Shown here piece by piece: positions 1 through 13,535 of a stretch of 64,000 bases of DNA (its first letter is position 1; the number at the start of each line of letters is the position of its first letter). A program made the translations under genes and the position numbers. Source of the DNA: Macrostomum lignano (lineage: Eukaryota); NCBI GenBank assembly GCA_002269645.1, contig NIVC01001874.1, forward strand, positions 62,001-126,000, read 5' to 3'. The notes under the pieces were generated by a model, which saw only the letters and a program-made list of their open reading frames with translations, did not search any database and was not told the origin of the DNA.

Positions 1-575
1 GATCCTCAGCTGATTGCCAGTCTCACTGCCAGATCCTCAGCTGATTGCCAGTCTCACTGCCAGATCCTCAGCTGATTGCCAGTATCCTGCCAGATCCTCA
101 GCTGATTGCCAGTCTCACTGCCAGATCCTCAGCTGATTGCCAGTCTCACTGCCAGATCCTCAGTTTATTGCCAGTATCCTGCCAGATCCTCAGCTGATTG
201 CCAGTCTCACTGCCAGATCCTCAGCTGATTGCCAGTCTCACTGCCAGATCCTCAGCTGATTGCCAGTCTCACTGCCAGATCCTCAGCTGATTGCCAGTCT
301 CACTGCCAGATCCTCAGCTGATTGCCAGTCTCACTGCCAGATCCTCAGCTGATTGCCAGTCTCACTGCCAGATCCTCAGCTGATTGCCAGTCTCACTGCC
401 AGATCCTCAGCTGATTGCCAGTCTCACTGCCAGATCCTCAGCTGATTGCCGGTCTCACTGCCAGATCCTCAGCTGATTGCCAGTCTCACTGCCAGATCCT
501 CAGCTGATTGCCAGTCTCACTGCCAGATCCTCAGCTGATTGCCAGTCTCACTGCCAGATCCTCAGCTGATTGCCA
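1..575. repeat. Minisatellite, 31-bp unit GATCCTCAGCTGATTGCCAGTCTCACTGCCA (truncated by window start)
   Basis: About 18 near-identical head-to-tail copies read directly. Confidence 0.97.
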
Positions 576-2381
576 CTACTCTCCCAGGACCACTCCAATA
601 GGATAAAAATCTGTGCACGCCTCACTGTATGAACGCTCGCCCACATTTATTCGCATTAGTTAATTAAAGCTTAAAATGCTTAGCTTAGCACACTAATTGG
701 TCTTATTACCGCTTACCTTAGCGCATGTCAACCTACGAGCGTATTAGTTTACCCTTGGTGTTCTTTAAACTACTTAAAACAGAATTATTTTTTATGAATT
801 CAGCCTTCTTCAGTCACTCAAATTCCGTAAAACAAAAGTGTTTTTTGCTTGTTGTTTAAAAAATTCTCGAATAGAAAACCAAACAACTACTTCGAGTAGC
901 TTGTTTTTAATAACAGTGTGCCAAAATATAAGCCATTTTTTATCTCAATAAGAGACGGCGGAGAGCACGCTCAAGCCTGTACAGAACTCACCCCAACACT
1001 TCGCTTCGCAGGCAGCCTGCAGGGGTGCTCAAATTGTACCCGTGTGCCAAAACCCCCGCCCCTCTCGCTAATCCCCCGTCCGCCAAGCCTGTCGGCAACA
1101 AGCTAGCTTAGTCTGATTGTTATCCCATCTGTCCCAAGTCTCAAATTGGTTTGAGTTGCGTTGCGCTCCGCAACTTGTGCAATTCCGCCGAGCGCAATGC
1201 GCTGCGCCAGGCGTTTTTGATGACTTGGCCCCCCTCTCCCCTCTCTGAGTCTCTCCTTGAATCGGCTAGGCCCGGTAATTTCACTTCAAGGGCGAGATGC
1301 AAGAGAGACGAGCCGAGCAGCCGTGTCGCACGCACCCTTCAAAGGGTGGCGACTTGCTTGAATTTGCCCTTTTTCCCCCTACTCAAAGGCGCACCTTTGT
1401 TACCAAGCTGCGCCTCCCAGCAGGTAGGTGTATTGTATCAATAGCGTTAATAATCATCTATCTGTAACTTTTATAACAGTTCAGCGGAACGGATCCATCG
1501 ACATTTGGCTTACTCGCTTATTTTTCATGTGTATTATATATAAGTACGTGAGTTAGATTCTGTTGACACACAGTTTAATGTACTGACCATGTAAATTTTG
1601 GGCACAGGGCATGCGCAGTGACACCTTGTCTGAAATAATAGCTTGGGAAATTTCCTATACTGTTAATTTCAAAGCTGCCGGATGGTCAGCAGAGCTGTCC
1701 TTGACTAATGTAGCATTTTTGCAGCCCATTTGGGCCTACACGCATTGAATACAATCCAATATATGTTTGTCAGAGTAATGGAGCTTTGTGTATGGTAGCA
1801 ATGGTGGTACATAAGTATTTAATTAAACCCAAACACGTGTTACAGCTGTGTAATGCAATTTATTTGAGCAAATTTCACTGTACCGCCAATCAGGTAAGTG
1901 GGAAGACTAGCAAGACGGAATAGTTGTTTAATTTAAATAGCGTCGCGCAAATTTAAGAGTTTATACCCGACTTTATCTACTGCGGTTAGTAGCGCACAAT
2001 TATTTTTTCAATATTAGTGAATAGCATTTTGGCAAGATTTAGTAGGATGATTATTTATTTTGGTTATAAATAGCCCTAGAAATAGCAGAAATAAACAATA
2101 TAAGTTTAGCTTTGTTAAAATGCACTAATTTTAACAGTCAGTTAAACTAGGATACGATTTTTCTCTCATTCCAAGTCTAACCTTGAATATTCAGTTGAAC
2201 TAGAAATTTAATTAGCAATAGGCTTCGAATTTTCTAAGTGGGTATTGGCGTTCGTTCGACCGTCTCTTGCAGCTGCAAATGAAGCATTGGATAAATAATC
2301 AGAGGTCCCTGGGACCGCTGATTCTTTGCATTGTTTTTCTGTTTGACGATCCTACAGACAATGCATTGTTTGTAGTATTGC

Positions 2382-2957
2382 TTTTGTCAGCCTAACTGAG
2401 AGTGGAGCCATCCAAAGTGAGAATTCTGCCTGCGCTGACTGCGAAGGGCCTGGCTGCGTGCAGCCTTAGTCTATGGGCCATAGACAATAAAGGACAAGCA
2501 AAGTGATAAAAAGCCATCCAATGTGAGAATCGATTGGTCTATGTGTCGTATTCTTTTATTTTTATACCTTCTGAGCCATATGACTAGCCAATAGCTTGAA
2601 CGGAATAACGGAAACAGGAACACACTTTGTTTGTCCTTTATAGTCTATGGCTCATAGACTAGGCTGGACGCAGCTAGGCCCTTCGTATTCAGCGTAGGCA
2701 GGATTCTCACATTGGATGGCTTTTTATCACTTTGCTTATCCTTTATAGTCTATGGCCCATAGACTAAGGCTGCACGCAGCCAGGCCCTTCGCAGTCAGCG
2801 TAGGCAGGATTCTCACATTGGATGGCTTTTTATCACTTTGCTTATCCTTTATAGTCTATGGCCCATAGACTAAGGCTGCACGCAGCCAGGCCCTTCGCGG
2901 TCGGCGTGGGCAGAGTTCTCACTTTGGATGGCTTTGTTCTCAGTTAGGCTGACAAAA
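2382..2957. mobile_element. Foldback/MITE-like element with terminal inverted repeats and internal ~105-bp subrepeats
   Basis: TTTTGTCAGCCTAACTGAG (2382) is inverted to CTCAGTTAGGCTGACAAAA (ends 2957). The left arm unit is the reverse complement of three tandem units at 2640-2940. No clear TSD. Confidence 0.7.
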
Positions 2958-2989
2958 CCTATAATGGATTGTTCTGCATTAAAAATGTG

Positions 2990-3790
2990 AATAATGATCG
3001 TCAAATTGCTAAACAATGCTCTCGTCCTCACTGCTTGAGACTATCATGTCTAAATGGAAATCTAGGGGTAAAACCTTAGAGCCGCTGTGCCAGTCTTGCT
3101 GCCATAGACAAGGGCTCTATTGCTTTGGCAAAGGTATATTGGCGCAGATTAAGTAATCAATACGTTATCAGTCTAGCTAATATGCAGCTTACAGTTCAAT
3201 AGTCTAAGGCCAAGTCCTGCTGATCCCACCGGCAGGAACGGATTACCATATGTTCAGTCAGGCTTCAGCAATCAGTGGCCTCTCTCTCAATGCATCATTC
3301 ATAACCAGAGTTCATTTTTTGCATTCGTTTTTTCCTTACAATAGCCGACTGGAATCTTAACTACCGCTGCGTGTTTTCTTGCTTACACAGTTTGAGAAAG
3401 TTTGCCAGATTCTGCATCAACCCCCCTGAGATGTTTTATATTGAAGCCATCATCCGCTTTTTCTATCCAAATTCCTTTCTGCTCTCCTATGAACCAGTTT
3501 TTTTCTTTTGAGCGCACAATGCTCACAAAATATTGGGCACAGTTTCTTTTCATATATATAATACTATAAGTAGAATGCTGAGCGACTGGTGGCTTAGTTG
3601 ATTGTTTTTTTAACGCTTTGATTTTTCTTCTCTAACTCTTGCTGATCGTTGATTTGCAGTAATTTCCGCGTTAGATTTGACCACTTTTTTAACGTTAGTT
3701 TCATGCTATGGAACAGTGACTGTGTGAACAGGTGAATTTTTTTAGCTCTCACCTGGTTTTTCTCTAGCTTAAATTTGCATCTCAGTGAAA
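2990..3790 (-). pseudogene. Possible heavily degraded non-LTR retrotransposon fragment (APE endonuclease-like)
   Basis: Minus-strand translation gives RTWP...RIDYLIC near 3140-3230, similar to the APE TW...RIDY motif, but with many stops. Confidence 0.25.
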
Positions 3791-3814
3791 GGTTATGACC
3801 GTTTTGAAGGAAAC

Positions 3815-5882
3815 TGGCAACCCCACGGAAAAATGGCAACCCCAAGGAAAAATGGCAACCCCAAGCAAAACTGACAACCCAAAGAGAGACTGACAACCCA
3901 AAGAGAGACTGGCAACCCAAAGAGAGACTGACAACCCAAAGAGAGACTGACAACCCAAAGAGAGACTGACAACCCAAAGAGAGACTGACAACCCAAAGAG
4001 AGACTGACAACCCAAAGAGAGACTGATAACCCAAAGTGAAACTGACAACCTAAAAAGAAACTGACAACCCAAAGAGAAGCTGGCAACCCAAAGAGAGACT
4101 GACAACCCAAAGAGAGACTGACAACCCAAAGAGAGACTGACAACCCAAAGAGAGACTGGCAACCCAAAGAGAGACTGATAACCCAAAGTGAAACTGACAA
4201 CCTAAAAAGAAACTGACAACCCAAAGAGAAAATGACAACCCAAAGAGAGACTGACAACCCAAAGAGAGACTGACAACCCAAAGAGAGACTGACAACCCAA
4301 AGAGAAAATGACAACCTAAAAAGAAACTGACAACCCAAAGAGAAGCTGACAACCCAAAGAGAGACTGGCAACCCAAAGAGAGACTGGCAACCCAAAGAGA
4401 GACTGGCAACCCAAAGTGAAACTGACAACCTAAAAAGAAACTGACAACCCAAAGAGAAAATGACAACCTAAAAAGAAACTGACAACCCAAAGAGAAGCTG
4501 ATAACCCAAAGAGAAGCTGGCAACCCATAGAGAGACTGACAACCCAAAGAGACTGACAACCCAAAGAGAGACTGACAACCCAAAGAGAAAATGACAACCT
4601 AAAAAGAAACTGACAACCCAAAGAGAAAATGACAACCTAAAAAGAAACTGACAACCCAAAGAGAAGCTGGCAACCCAAAGAGAGACTGACAACCCAAAGA
4701 GAGACTGACAACCCAAAGAGAGACTGACAACCCAAAGAGAGACTGGCAACCCAAAGAGAGACTGACAACCCAAAGAGAGACTGACAACCCAAAGAGAGAC
4801 TGGCAACCTAAAAAGAAACTGACAACCCAAAGAGAGACTGGCAACCCAAAGAGAGACTGATAACCCAAAGTGAAACTGACAACCTAAAAAGAAACTGACA
4901 ACCCAAAGATAAAATGACAACCTAAAAAGAAACTGACAACCCAAAGAGAAGCTGACAACCCAAATAGAAGCTGACAACCCAAAGAGAGACTGACAACCCA
5001 AAGAGAGACTGACAACCCAAAGAGAGACTGACAACCCAAAGAGAGACTGACAACCCAAAGAGAGACTGGCAACCCAAAGAGAGACTGACAACCCAAAGAG
5101 AGACTGACAACCCAAAGAGAGACTGACAACCCAAAGAGAGACTGGCAACCCAAAGAGAGACTGACAACCCAAAGAGAGACTGACAACCCAAAGAGAGACT
5201 GACAACCCAAAGAGAGACTGACAACCCAAAGAGAGACTGACAACCCAAAGAGAGACTGGCAACCCAAAGAGAGACTGATAACCCAAAGTGAAACTGACAA
5301 CCTAAAAAGAAACTGACAACCCAAAGAGAAAATGACAACCTAAAAAGAAACTGACAACCCAAAGAGAAGCTGACAACCCAAATAGAAGCTGACAACCCAA
5401 AGAGAGACTGACAACCCAAAGAGAGACTGACAACCCAAAGAGAGACTGGCAACCCAAAGAGAGACTGACAACCCAAAGAGAGACTGGCAACCTAAAAAGA
5501 AACTGACAACCCAAAGAGAGACTGACAACCCAAAGAGAGACTGACAACCCAAAGAGAGACTGACAACCCAAAGAGAAACTGACAACCCAAAGAGAAACTG
5601 ACAACCTAAAAAGAAACTGACAACCCAAAGAGAGACTGACAACCCAGAGAGACTGACAACCCAAAGAGAAACTGACAACCTAAAAAGAAACTGACAACCC
5701 AAAGAGAGACTGACAACCAAGAGAGACTGACAACCCAAAGAGAAACTGACAACCTAAAAAGAAACTGACAACCCAAAGAGAAACTGACAACCCAAAGAGA
5801 AGCTGACAACCCAAAGAGAGACTGATAACCCAAAGTGAAACTGACAACCTAAAAAGAAACTGGCAACCCAAAGAGAAGCTGG
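3815..5882. repeat. Minisatellite, 19-bp unit GACAACCCAAAGAGAGACT
   Basis: About 108 copies with recurring variants (AAGTGAAACT, CCTAAAAAGAAACT). Confidence 0.97.
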
Positions 5883-6319
5883 CAGCTCCAAGGGAAACCG
5901 GAAATATAATTGGAATTTTCAAGTAACAAAAAACTAAAGGCTATTCTTTGTGCAGTTCATTTTCAATTTAAAGTGCAGTTTTTGAAAAGGTATGCCGGCT
6001 GTTTCACCTAAACAAACCAAACCAAATTTGGTTACAAACCAAATAGTTTTAGTATGCTGGATATATACTAATGCGTCCAATAGCTCCTAAGCCTTTAACG
6101 ATATTTATCAAGTCCTTAATAGAGCTTTCCTAGAAAATGGAGTTCTTACTATTTGAATTAGTTTCACAACAGGTACCAGTCATATACTCCATGTCTATGA
6201 TTAACGAATTATTTCAAGTCTAAAAACTCAAACTCAGTGGTCAAATCATTTCTTTTGATCCCTTTTACCAGTTTTTCTATTTAGTCTTTGTGCAGAAATT
6301 TGTCACAGTAATACTTGGT

Positions 6320-6660
6320 CCTGTCAGCAGTGGCTGTGTCAGTAGTGGCTGTCAGCAGTGACTGTGTCAGCAGTGACTGTGTCAGTAGTGGCTGTCAGCA
6401 GTGGCTGTGTCAGCAGTGACTGTGTCAGCAGTGACTGTGTCAGCAGTGGCTGTCAGTAGTGGCTGTCAGCAGTGGCTGTGTCAGTAGTGGCTGTCAGCAG
6501 TGGCTGTGTCAGCAGTGACTGTGTCAGCAGTGACTGTGTCAGCAGTGGCTGTGTCAGCAGTGGCTGTGTTAGTAGTGGCTGTCAGCAGTGGCTGTGTCAG
6601 CAGTGGTTGTCAGCAGTGACTGTGTCAGCAGTGGCTGTCAGCAGTGGCTGTGTCAGCAGC
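6320..6660. repeat. Minisatellite, 13/15-bp units GTCAGCAGTGGCT(GT)
   Basis: Direct reading. Confidence 0.93.
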
Positions 6661-7069
6661 TGGACACAGTGAAGCGGACCAAGTAAACGTTTCCAGCCAG
6701 AAATCCGAATCCAACTCACTATGTATAGTTATTTCTAATGTATTCTTGCACCACTTATCTCTCACAATCTAACAAATTGTTTTGTACTTTAAAATACCGT
6801 TGCCAGTTCTCTCCAATTGTTTTGTACCGTAAACTGCATAGGAACAATAACTGAGCCTTCAGTATAAACTAAGTACATATTACTCATATTACTGCACTAA
6901 ATACTGTACTCTATTCACTTGTGAACGCGTGATGTCCTAAAACATTCTCTCCGTGAATCTTCTACTAGCGTGCGTGCGTTGCCATTGACAGCGGCCCAGT
7001 CTCCCAGGTCAAGATTGTTGCCACAAATTATCTTCAAAGCCAGCGCATGCACACGCCCCCCCCCCGCAG

Positions 7070-9415
7070 ACATGATTGACGGCATCGAGCTCTCCGGCTT
7101 CCACCTGATTGAGGAGGCCAATCCGCCTGGCCAGGAGAAGCGAAAGCTGGCATTCACAGTGCTGGAGCAGAGTGCCTACTTCTCCAGGGTGGAGTTCAAT
7201 ATGCTCGAGCAGAAAAAGGAGGACTCGGACAGGCACAAGTGAGGCTGTGCTAATTTTTGTGCATCTGGTTTAACACAATCGCTTATCTGATTAAACACAA
7301 AGTCGCCTATTTGGTTAAACACAAAGTCGCCCATTCGGTTAAACACAAAATCGCCCATTTGGTTAAACGAAAAATCTCCCATTTGGTTAAACACAAAATC
7401 GCCCATTTGGTTAAACACAAAATCGCCCATTTGGTTAAACACAAAATCGCCCATTCGGTTAAACACAAAATCGCCCATTTGGTTAAACGAAAAATCTCCC
7501 ATTTGGTTAAACACAAAATCGCCCATTTGGTTAAACACAAAATCTCCCATTTGGTTAAACACAAAATCGCCCATTTGGTTAAACACAAAATCTCCCATTT
7601 GGTTAAACACAAAATCGCCCATTTGGTTAAACACAAAATCGCCCATTTGGTTAAACACAAAATCGCCTAAGAATGGCCCCTTAGTCTTGATTAAACACAC
7701 GGGTCTATAGCTCTAGTCTATAATTACTTTTTGAACGAAAATAACAGTTTTTGTTGAATTCTGAGCCTCAGACAGCAGGTGTAGTGCTTCAGGCCAGTTT
7801 ACCTTCAACTAATTTCCTGCGTCAGCTCAAACAGAAGGAGAGAGAGAGAGAGCGGTCTCCTGAGCCGGTTCTCAATTACTGAGCTATTGTGTAAGACACA
7901 CATGAAGCTTATCAATGAGCTTTGAATCCAATTCGCTCTGTTGCTCATTCGATTGTAAATTAAATTATTTTTTATTCATCGCGTCGCTTTGCCGTCAAAA
8001 GAGAAAATATGATCGAATAAAATTAATTAATTCTGCTCTTCATCTGACCGGAAAGTCGGGAAATTCATTTTTTAGCTGCAACGTGGGTTCTGCAGACAAA
8101 ATTAAAAGTCAGGTAGCAATAGACTTAGGCTTTAGGACTGGCCTTGCACTTTCCCATTTCCAGGTGCACATTGTCTCTAGGCGACTATACTATTGCTGTG
8201 ACTCGAAACAGTCGGCCCGACGCAAAAAATGCCGCGGCCGAACAGATGCTTCAAGATGTTCAAGCCAAGTACCCTCTGGTATTGGTAAGCTTTTTGAATT
8301 CGGGACTTTGCTGCTCGATTTGGCTGAGTGATCGGGACTTTGCTGCTCGATTGGGCTGAGTGATCGGGACTTTGCTGCTCGATTTGGCTGAGTGATCGGG
8401 ACTTTGCTGCTCGATTGGGCTGAGTGATCGGGACTTTGCTGCTCGATTTGGCTGAGTGATCGGGACTTTGCTGCTCGATTGGGCTGAGTGATCGGGACTT
8501 TGCTGCTCGATTTGGCTGAGTGATCGGGACTTTGCTGCTCGATTGGGCTGAGTGATCGGGACTTTGCTGCTCGATTTGGCTGAGTGATCGGGACTTTGCT
8601 GCTCGATTTGGCTGAGTGATCGGGACTTTGCTGCTCGATTGGGCTGAGTGATCGGGACTTTGCTGCTCGATTGGGCTGAGTGATCGGGACTTTGCTGCTC
8701 GATTTGGCTGAGTGATCGGGACTTTGCTGCTCGATTTGGCTGAGTGATCGGGACTTTGCTGCTCGATTTGGCTGAGTGATCGGGACTTTGCTGCTGCTCA
8801 AGAGTATGCGTAGAAAGCGGGACCTGACTGCTGTTTAGCTCCAGAATGATTTCACTTAATTCAGACTTGATTGACAGGTAGAGTTTGAAGGCTTAGTCAG
8901 TGCCGGCCTAGTTAGCTCTGTACTCCAACAACTCACTGGCGCAGGTGACCCGCACCGATGAGGTCTGGCGTTCGAATCCTGACCAATTTCTGGCCCTGGC
9001 CGAACAGCCAGTGAACTTTGACCGGCCGCCGCCCTGCGATCGGCCAATGTTTGTCAGCGCCCGGTCCGCCGCCGGACACCTGGGCCTGCCAGCCTCGGCC
9101 GATCTGGCCACCGTGTTTGGCCGGTTTTTAGCCGCCTACGCCGGACACGCGGCGGTGGCCAGTCCGCTTGTGTTCTGCGGCCTGCAGCGGCCAGAGCGGC
9201 TGCTGCTGTATAGGGCGGCTATGGAGCTGCGGCTGGTGCGGGAGACTGTGCCCTGCGGCGGCGGCGGCTGCGGCGAGCCAGCGCTGGCTCTGGTTGCTAA
9301 GCCGTTGTCAGCCGCCACCCTGGTGCCGGCGCTGGTTCGTTTCGGTGACTGCGATCGGTACAGGCTGATCCCGGCGCCTGGCCGACTGCGCGAGACTGCG
9401 GCCGCGTTGCGCTGA
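7070..9415 (+). CDS. NKRF: NKRF-like protein, 3' part: join(7070..7238,8164..8284,8945..9415); dsRBD-like domain plus degenerate R3H C-terminus; 5' exons not found
   Basis: AG/GT sites at CGCAG|7070, 7238|GTGAGG, CCAG|8164, 8284|GTAAGC and GCAG|8945 join in phase (2, 0). The spliced peptide VLEQSAYFSRVEFNMLEQKKEDSDRHKCTLSLGDYTIAVTRNSRPDAKNAAAEQMLQDVQAKYPLVL fits the dsRBD-like block of NKRF as I recall it. The tail LVFCGLQRPERLLLYRAAMELRL...AATLVPALVRFGDCDRYRLIP resembles the NKRF R3H and C-terminus. Confidence 0.6.
7283..7668. repeat. Intronic minisatellite, 24-bp unit TTGGTTAAACACAAAATCGCCCAT
   Basis: About 16 copies in the first visible NKRF-like intron. Confidence 0.96.
8302..8797. repeat. 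Intronic minisatellite, 32-bp unit CGGGACTTTGCTGCTCGATTTGGCTGAGTGAT
   Basis: About 15 copies starting 17 nt after the 8285 donor. Confidence 0.96.
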
Positions 9416-9464
9416 CACATTGACACAAATAATGACATTATTATGAATCTAGCCGATTTCCCGT

Positions 9465-9722
9465 ATGTATACATGGATTCCCGTGAATTTATGTGGAGTT
9501 CCCGTGAATCTATATGGATTCCCGTGTATATTTTGTATGTATTTCCCGTGAATTTATGTGGAGTTCCCGTGAATCTGTATGGATTTCCCGTGAATCTATA
9601 TGGGTTTCCCGTGAATCTATATGGATTTCCCGTGAATCTATATGGATTTCCCGTGAATCTCCCATTACTGTTGGTGAATATGTGAATTTGCCATTAGTCT
9701 TGTACATGGACTTCCCGTGAAT
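9465..9722. repeat. Degenerate 21-bp minisatellite TTCCCGTGAATCTATATGGAT
   Basis: Direct reading; lies just 3' of the NKRF-like stop codon. Confidence 0.88.
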
Positions 9723-10564
9723 TTGCTTAGACTTTACTAACGGATTTGCTCGCCACGAGTTGAATGAATCTGTCTATAAAATGGACAGAATCACGCTCAG
9801 CCGCTATATATCGCGGATATTTCGCATGATAAGCCTTTTAGCTAGAGCTTGCATACTCAAATTATTACATGTACCTGCGTTAAAGTAAATAATGTACACC
9901 GAGTACCCATGATAGCGCGCATATTAACTGCTATATTTAAAGCTAGGTAAAAAAGTCATAAATCATAATTAGTGTCCCCGTCTGCCTCATCGCGTGCCTG
10001 CCGCCAACTTAGGCTGTCGAGGCATCGGTCGTCGGATCTGAAACTGTAGAAAAATGTGCGCACTGCGAGGGAGTTCGGCTTTTATTCGAACCAGAGTAGC
10101 CTATTGGGCATTTCAATAGCTCTATATATCTCTATCTACATCAATTCTGTGTCTTGTCGCTTTATACCAACTTCTATTGATTGGGCAAACAAGTCTCCGT
10201 TCCCAAATTATATTGATCGGATTGCCCTCTCTCTAAGCGGGACCCGATCTCACCCCCTCCCCTCCCTCTCTTCTGTAAATCTCTGATTTCAATTTGGCTG
10301 ACTGACCAACAAATCTTCATCTGACAGTAGACACCAACCTACTGGACTAGAGTTTGTCCATTGCTAATTCAGTCTAAAATAGTTTTTGTCCTATTTTGTA
10401 CTTTTGTGTTTATCGTCACTACAGACAGATTTTAGTGGCTCGCTGTGAAAGTCGTGAAAGTTCAATGTTCGGCGTATTTTTGTTTGTACGTAATTTGATT
10501 GTCAGTTTCTGTGTGTGTTTGACTGTTTCTGCTGTTGCAGTAGGCTTTTTGTAGTGGCGGATCT

Positions 10565-11450
10565 GTGTGCCACAGAATCACCTGGCGGAGGTGGGGCAAC
10601 TGGCACAGAATCACCTGGCAGAGGTGGGGCAACTGGCACAGAATCACCTGACAGAGGTGGGGCAACTGGCACAGAATCACCTGGCAGAGGTGAGGCAACT
10701 GGCACAGAATCACCTGGCGGAGGTGGGGCAGCTGGCACAGAATCACCTGGCAGAGGTGGGGCAGCTGGCACAGAATCACCTGGCAGAGGTGGCGGGCTGG
10801 TAGGGCAGCTGGCACAGAATCACCTGGCAGAGGTGGGGCAGCTGGCACAGAATCACCTGGCAGAGGTGGGGCAGCTGGCACAGAATCACCTGGCAGAGGT
10901 GGGGCAGCTGGCACAGAATCACCTGGCAGAGGTGGGGCAACTGGCACAGAATCACCTGGCAGAGGTGGGGCAGCTGGCACAGAATCACCTGGCAGAGGTG
11001 GCGGGCTGGTAGGGCAGCTGGCACAGAATCACCTGGCAGAGGTGGGGCTGGTAGGGCAGCTGGCACAGAATCACCTGGCAGAGGTGGGGCTGGTAGGGCA
11101 GCTGGCACAGAATCACCTGGCAGAGGTGGCGGGCTGGTAGGGCAGCTGGCACAGAATCACCTGGCAGAGGTGGGGCTGGTAGGGCAGCTGGCACAGAATC
11201 ACCTGGCAGAGGTGGGGCAGCTGGCACAGAATCACCTGGCAGAGGTGGGGCAACTGGCACAGAATCACCTGGCAGAGGTGGGGCAGCTGGCACAGAATCA
11301 CCTGGCAGAGGTGGCGGGCTGGTAGGGCAGCTGGCACAGAATCACCTGGCAGAGGTGGGGCAGCTGGCACAGAATCACCTGGCAGAGGTGGCGGGCTGGT
11401 AGGGCAGCTGGCACAGAATCACCTGGCAGAGGTGGGGCTGGTAGGGCAGC
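10565..11450. repeat. Minisatellite, 33-bp unit GGCACAGAATCACCTGGCAGAGGTGGGGCAGCT (longer variants with GGGCTGGTAG)
   Basis: Direct reading; 11-aa periodicity in the overlapping ORFs. Confidence 0.96.
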
Positions 11451-12439
11451 TTATCAATAAATTGAACCACGTCTTAATCCCCATGGATCCGCCACTAATA
11501 CCGTTATGCATCACGGAGGCTTTCAAAGTTCATTGCAATCAGAGTAGTTTAAATTGTACTCATTGAAACAAGCTGCAATCTCCTGTACTGCTATCGAGCC
11601 AAGCTGCGTCTTTAATAAACTGTGGTATAGAAGGTGCAAGTTAATCTGATCAAAGACGTAAGCAAAATGCTTGTCTCCATGTATTGTGTCGATATAGAAT
11701 ATAATGATTCTATATCGTATTTCGAGTTTATTATAATTTAAAATGTTGGAGCCTAATTATTGTTTTGCTTGATCCATTGATTTCTTATTATCCGCATTGC
11801 AGACATTTGACATTCGTTTCTGCTAGTCAAATTTGTTTATTTACGTTATTCCTATACTACCGTATTATAAATATAGTAAGCATAATAATAATAAATATTG
11901 GTGTCCCCCCTTCCACATGTCAAGCCTGTGCATTTTTCAATTCGGTCTCCCGGACCCTCTGATCAGATTATTTGTACTCCACTGTTGAAATCCTCAATTC
12001 AGTAATTAAATACACAGATGCAACTGAACAGCTCTCGCTCGAAGGAGGAGTCACAGCTAAACGCGCTTTCTCAATAATTGTCCTATCAAATTGCTTCAAA
12101 ATGAATAAATTTCAATTTTATTTATTAATTTAACACTATTGTATAAGGCTAATAAGTACTTATTTTTAGTTGCACTTGATTCCTATGTACGGGGGCAGTG
12201 CATTCGGCTGGGGTTTAGTGCGGCTCTATGCACTTTAGAGTTAGCAAGCTGCGGAAGCCGTAGTTTGGACCATTTGACTTCGGGCTACTCACTTACACCT
12301 CTCGATACTGTAGCCGTTTTAGCTGGATTGCTCGATTTTCAAGTACTCTGCTCTTATTCTCATATAGTGCAGTCCCCGCTTTGCTGCTGCATTGTATTCC
12401 ACCAGTCTTCTACTTTGTCTAACTGTCTGGTGTATTCTC

Positions 12440-13535
12440 TGCTCTACTCTACTCTCCCTCTCTACTCAACTCTACTCTACTCTCCCTCCCTACTCTACTC
12501 TCCCTCTCTACTCAACTCTACTCTACTCTCCCTCTCTACTCAACTCTACTCTACTCTCCCTCCCTACTCTACTCTCCCTCTCTACTCAACTCTACTCTAC
12601 TCTCCCTCCCTACTCTACTCTCCCTCTCTACTCAACTCTACTCTACTCTCCCTCCCTACTCTACTCTCCCTCCCTACTCTACTCTCCCTCCCTACTCTAC
12701 TCTACTCTCTCTCCCTACTCTACTCTTCCTCTATTCTACTCTCCCTCTCTACTCAACTCTACTCTACTCTCCCTCCCTACTCTACTCTACTCTCCCTCCC
12801 TACTCTACTCTCCCTCCCTACTCTACTCTCCCTCCCTACTCTACTCTCCCTCCCTACTCTACTCTCCCTCCCTACTCTACTCTCCCTCCCTACTCTACTC
12901 TCCCTCCCTACTCTACTCTCCCTCCCTACTCTACTCTCCCTCCCTACTCTACTCTCCCTCCCTACTCTACTCTCCCTCCCTACTCTACTCTCCCTCCCTA
13001 CTCTACTCTACTCTCCCTACTCTACTCTTCCTCTATTCTACTCTCCTTCTCTACTCAACTCTACTCTACTCTCCCTCCCTACTCTACTCTACTCTCCCTC
13101 CCTACTCTACTCTCCCTCTATTCTACTCTCCCTCTCTACTCAACTTTACTCTACTCTCCCTCCCTACTCTACTCTCCCTCCCTACTCTACTCTCCCTCCC
13201 TACTCTACTCTCCCTCCCTACTCTACTCTCCCTCCCTACTCTACTCTCCCTCCCTACTCTACTCTCCCTCCCTACTCTACTCTCCCTCCCTACTCTACTC
13301 TCCCTCCCTACTCTACTCTCCCTCCCTACTCTACTCTACTCTCCCTCCCTACTCTACTCTCCCTCTATTCTACTCTCCCTCTCTACTCTACTCTACTCTC
13401 CTTCTACTCTACTCCCTCTCTACTCTTCCTCCCCGCTCTACTCTCCCTACTCACTACTCTCCGTCTGTACTCTACTTTTCCTTCCCGCTCTACTCTCCCT
13501 TTGAACTCTACTCTGTCTCTCTACTCTCTCTACTG
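12440..13535. repeat. C/T-rich low-complexity minisatellite (CTCTACTCTACTCTCCCTCCCTA-type)
   Basis: Almost no G on the + strand; CTCTA/CTCCC modules. Confidence 0.95.

Noticed and set aside
918-1444. Short ORFs near the window start as candidate NKRF-like 5' exons
   Set aside because: No recognisable motif and no phase-compatible splice pair that I could support.
3594-5922. Many long hydrophobic ORFs (LGCQSLFGLSVSLWVVS...)
   Set aside because: Open in all three frames of a 19-bp tandem repeat that lacks stops on that strand.
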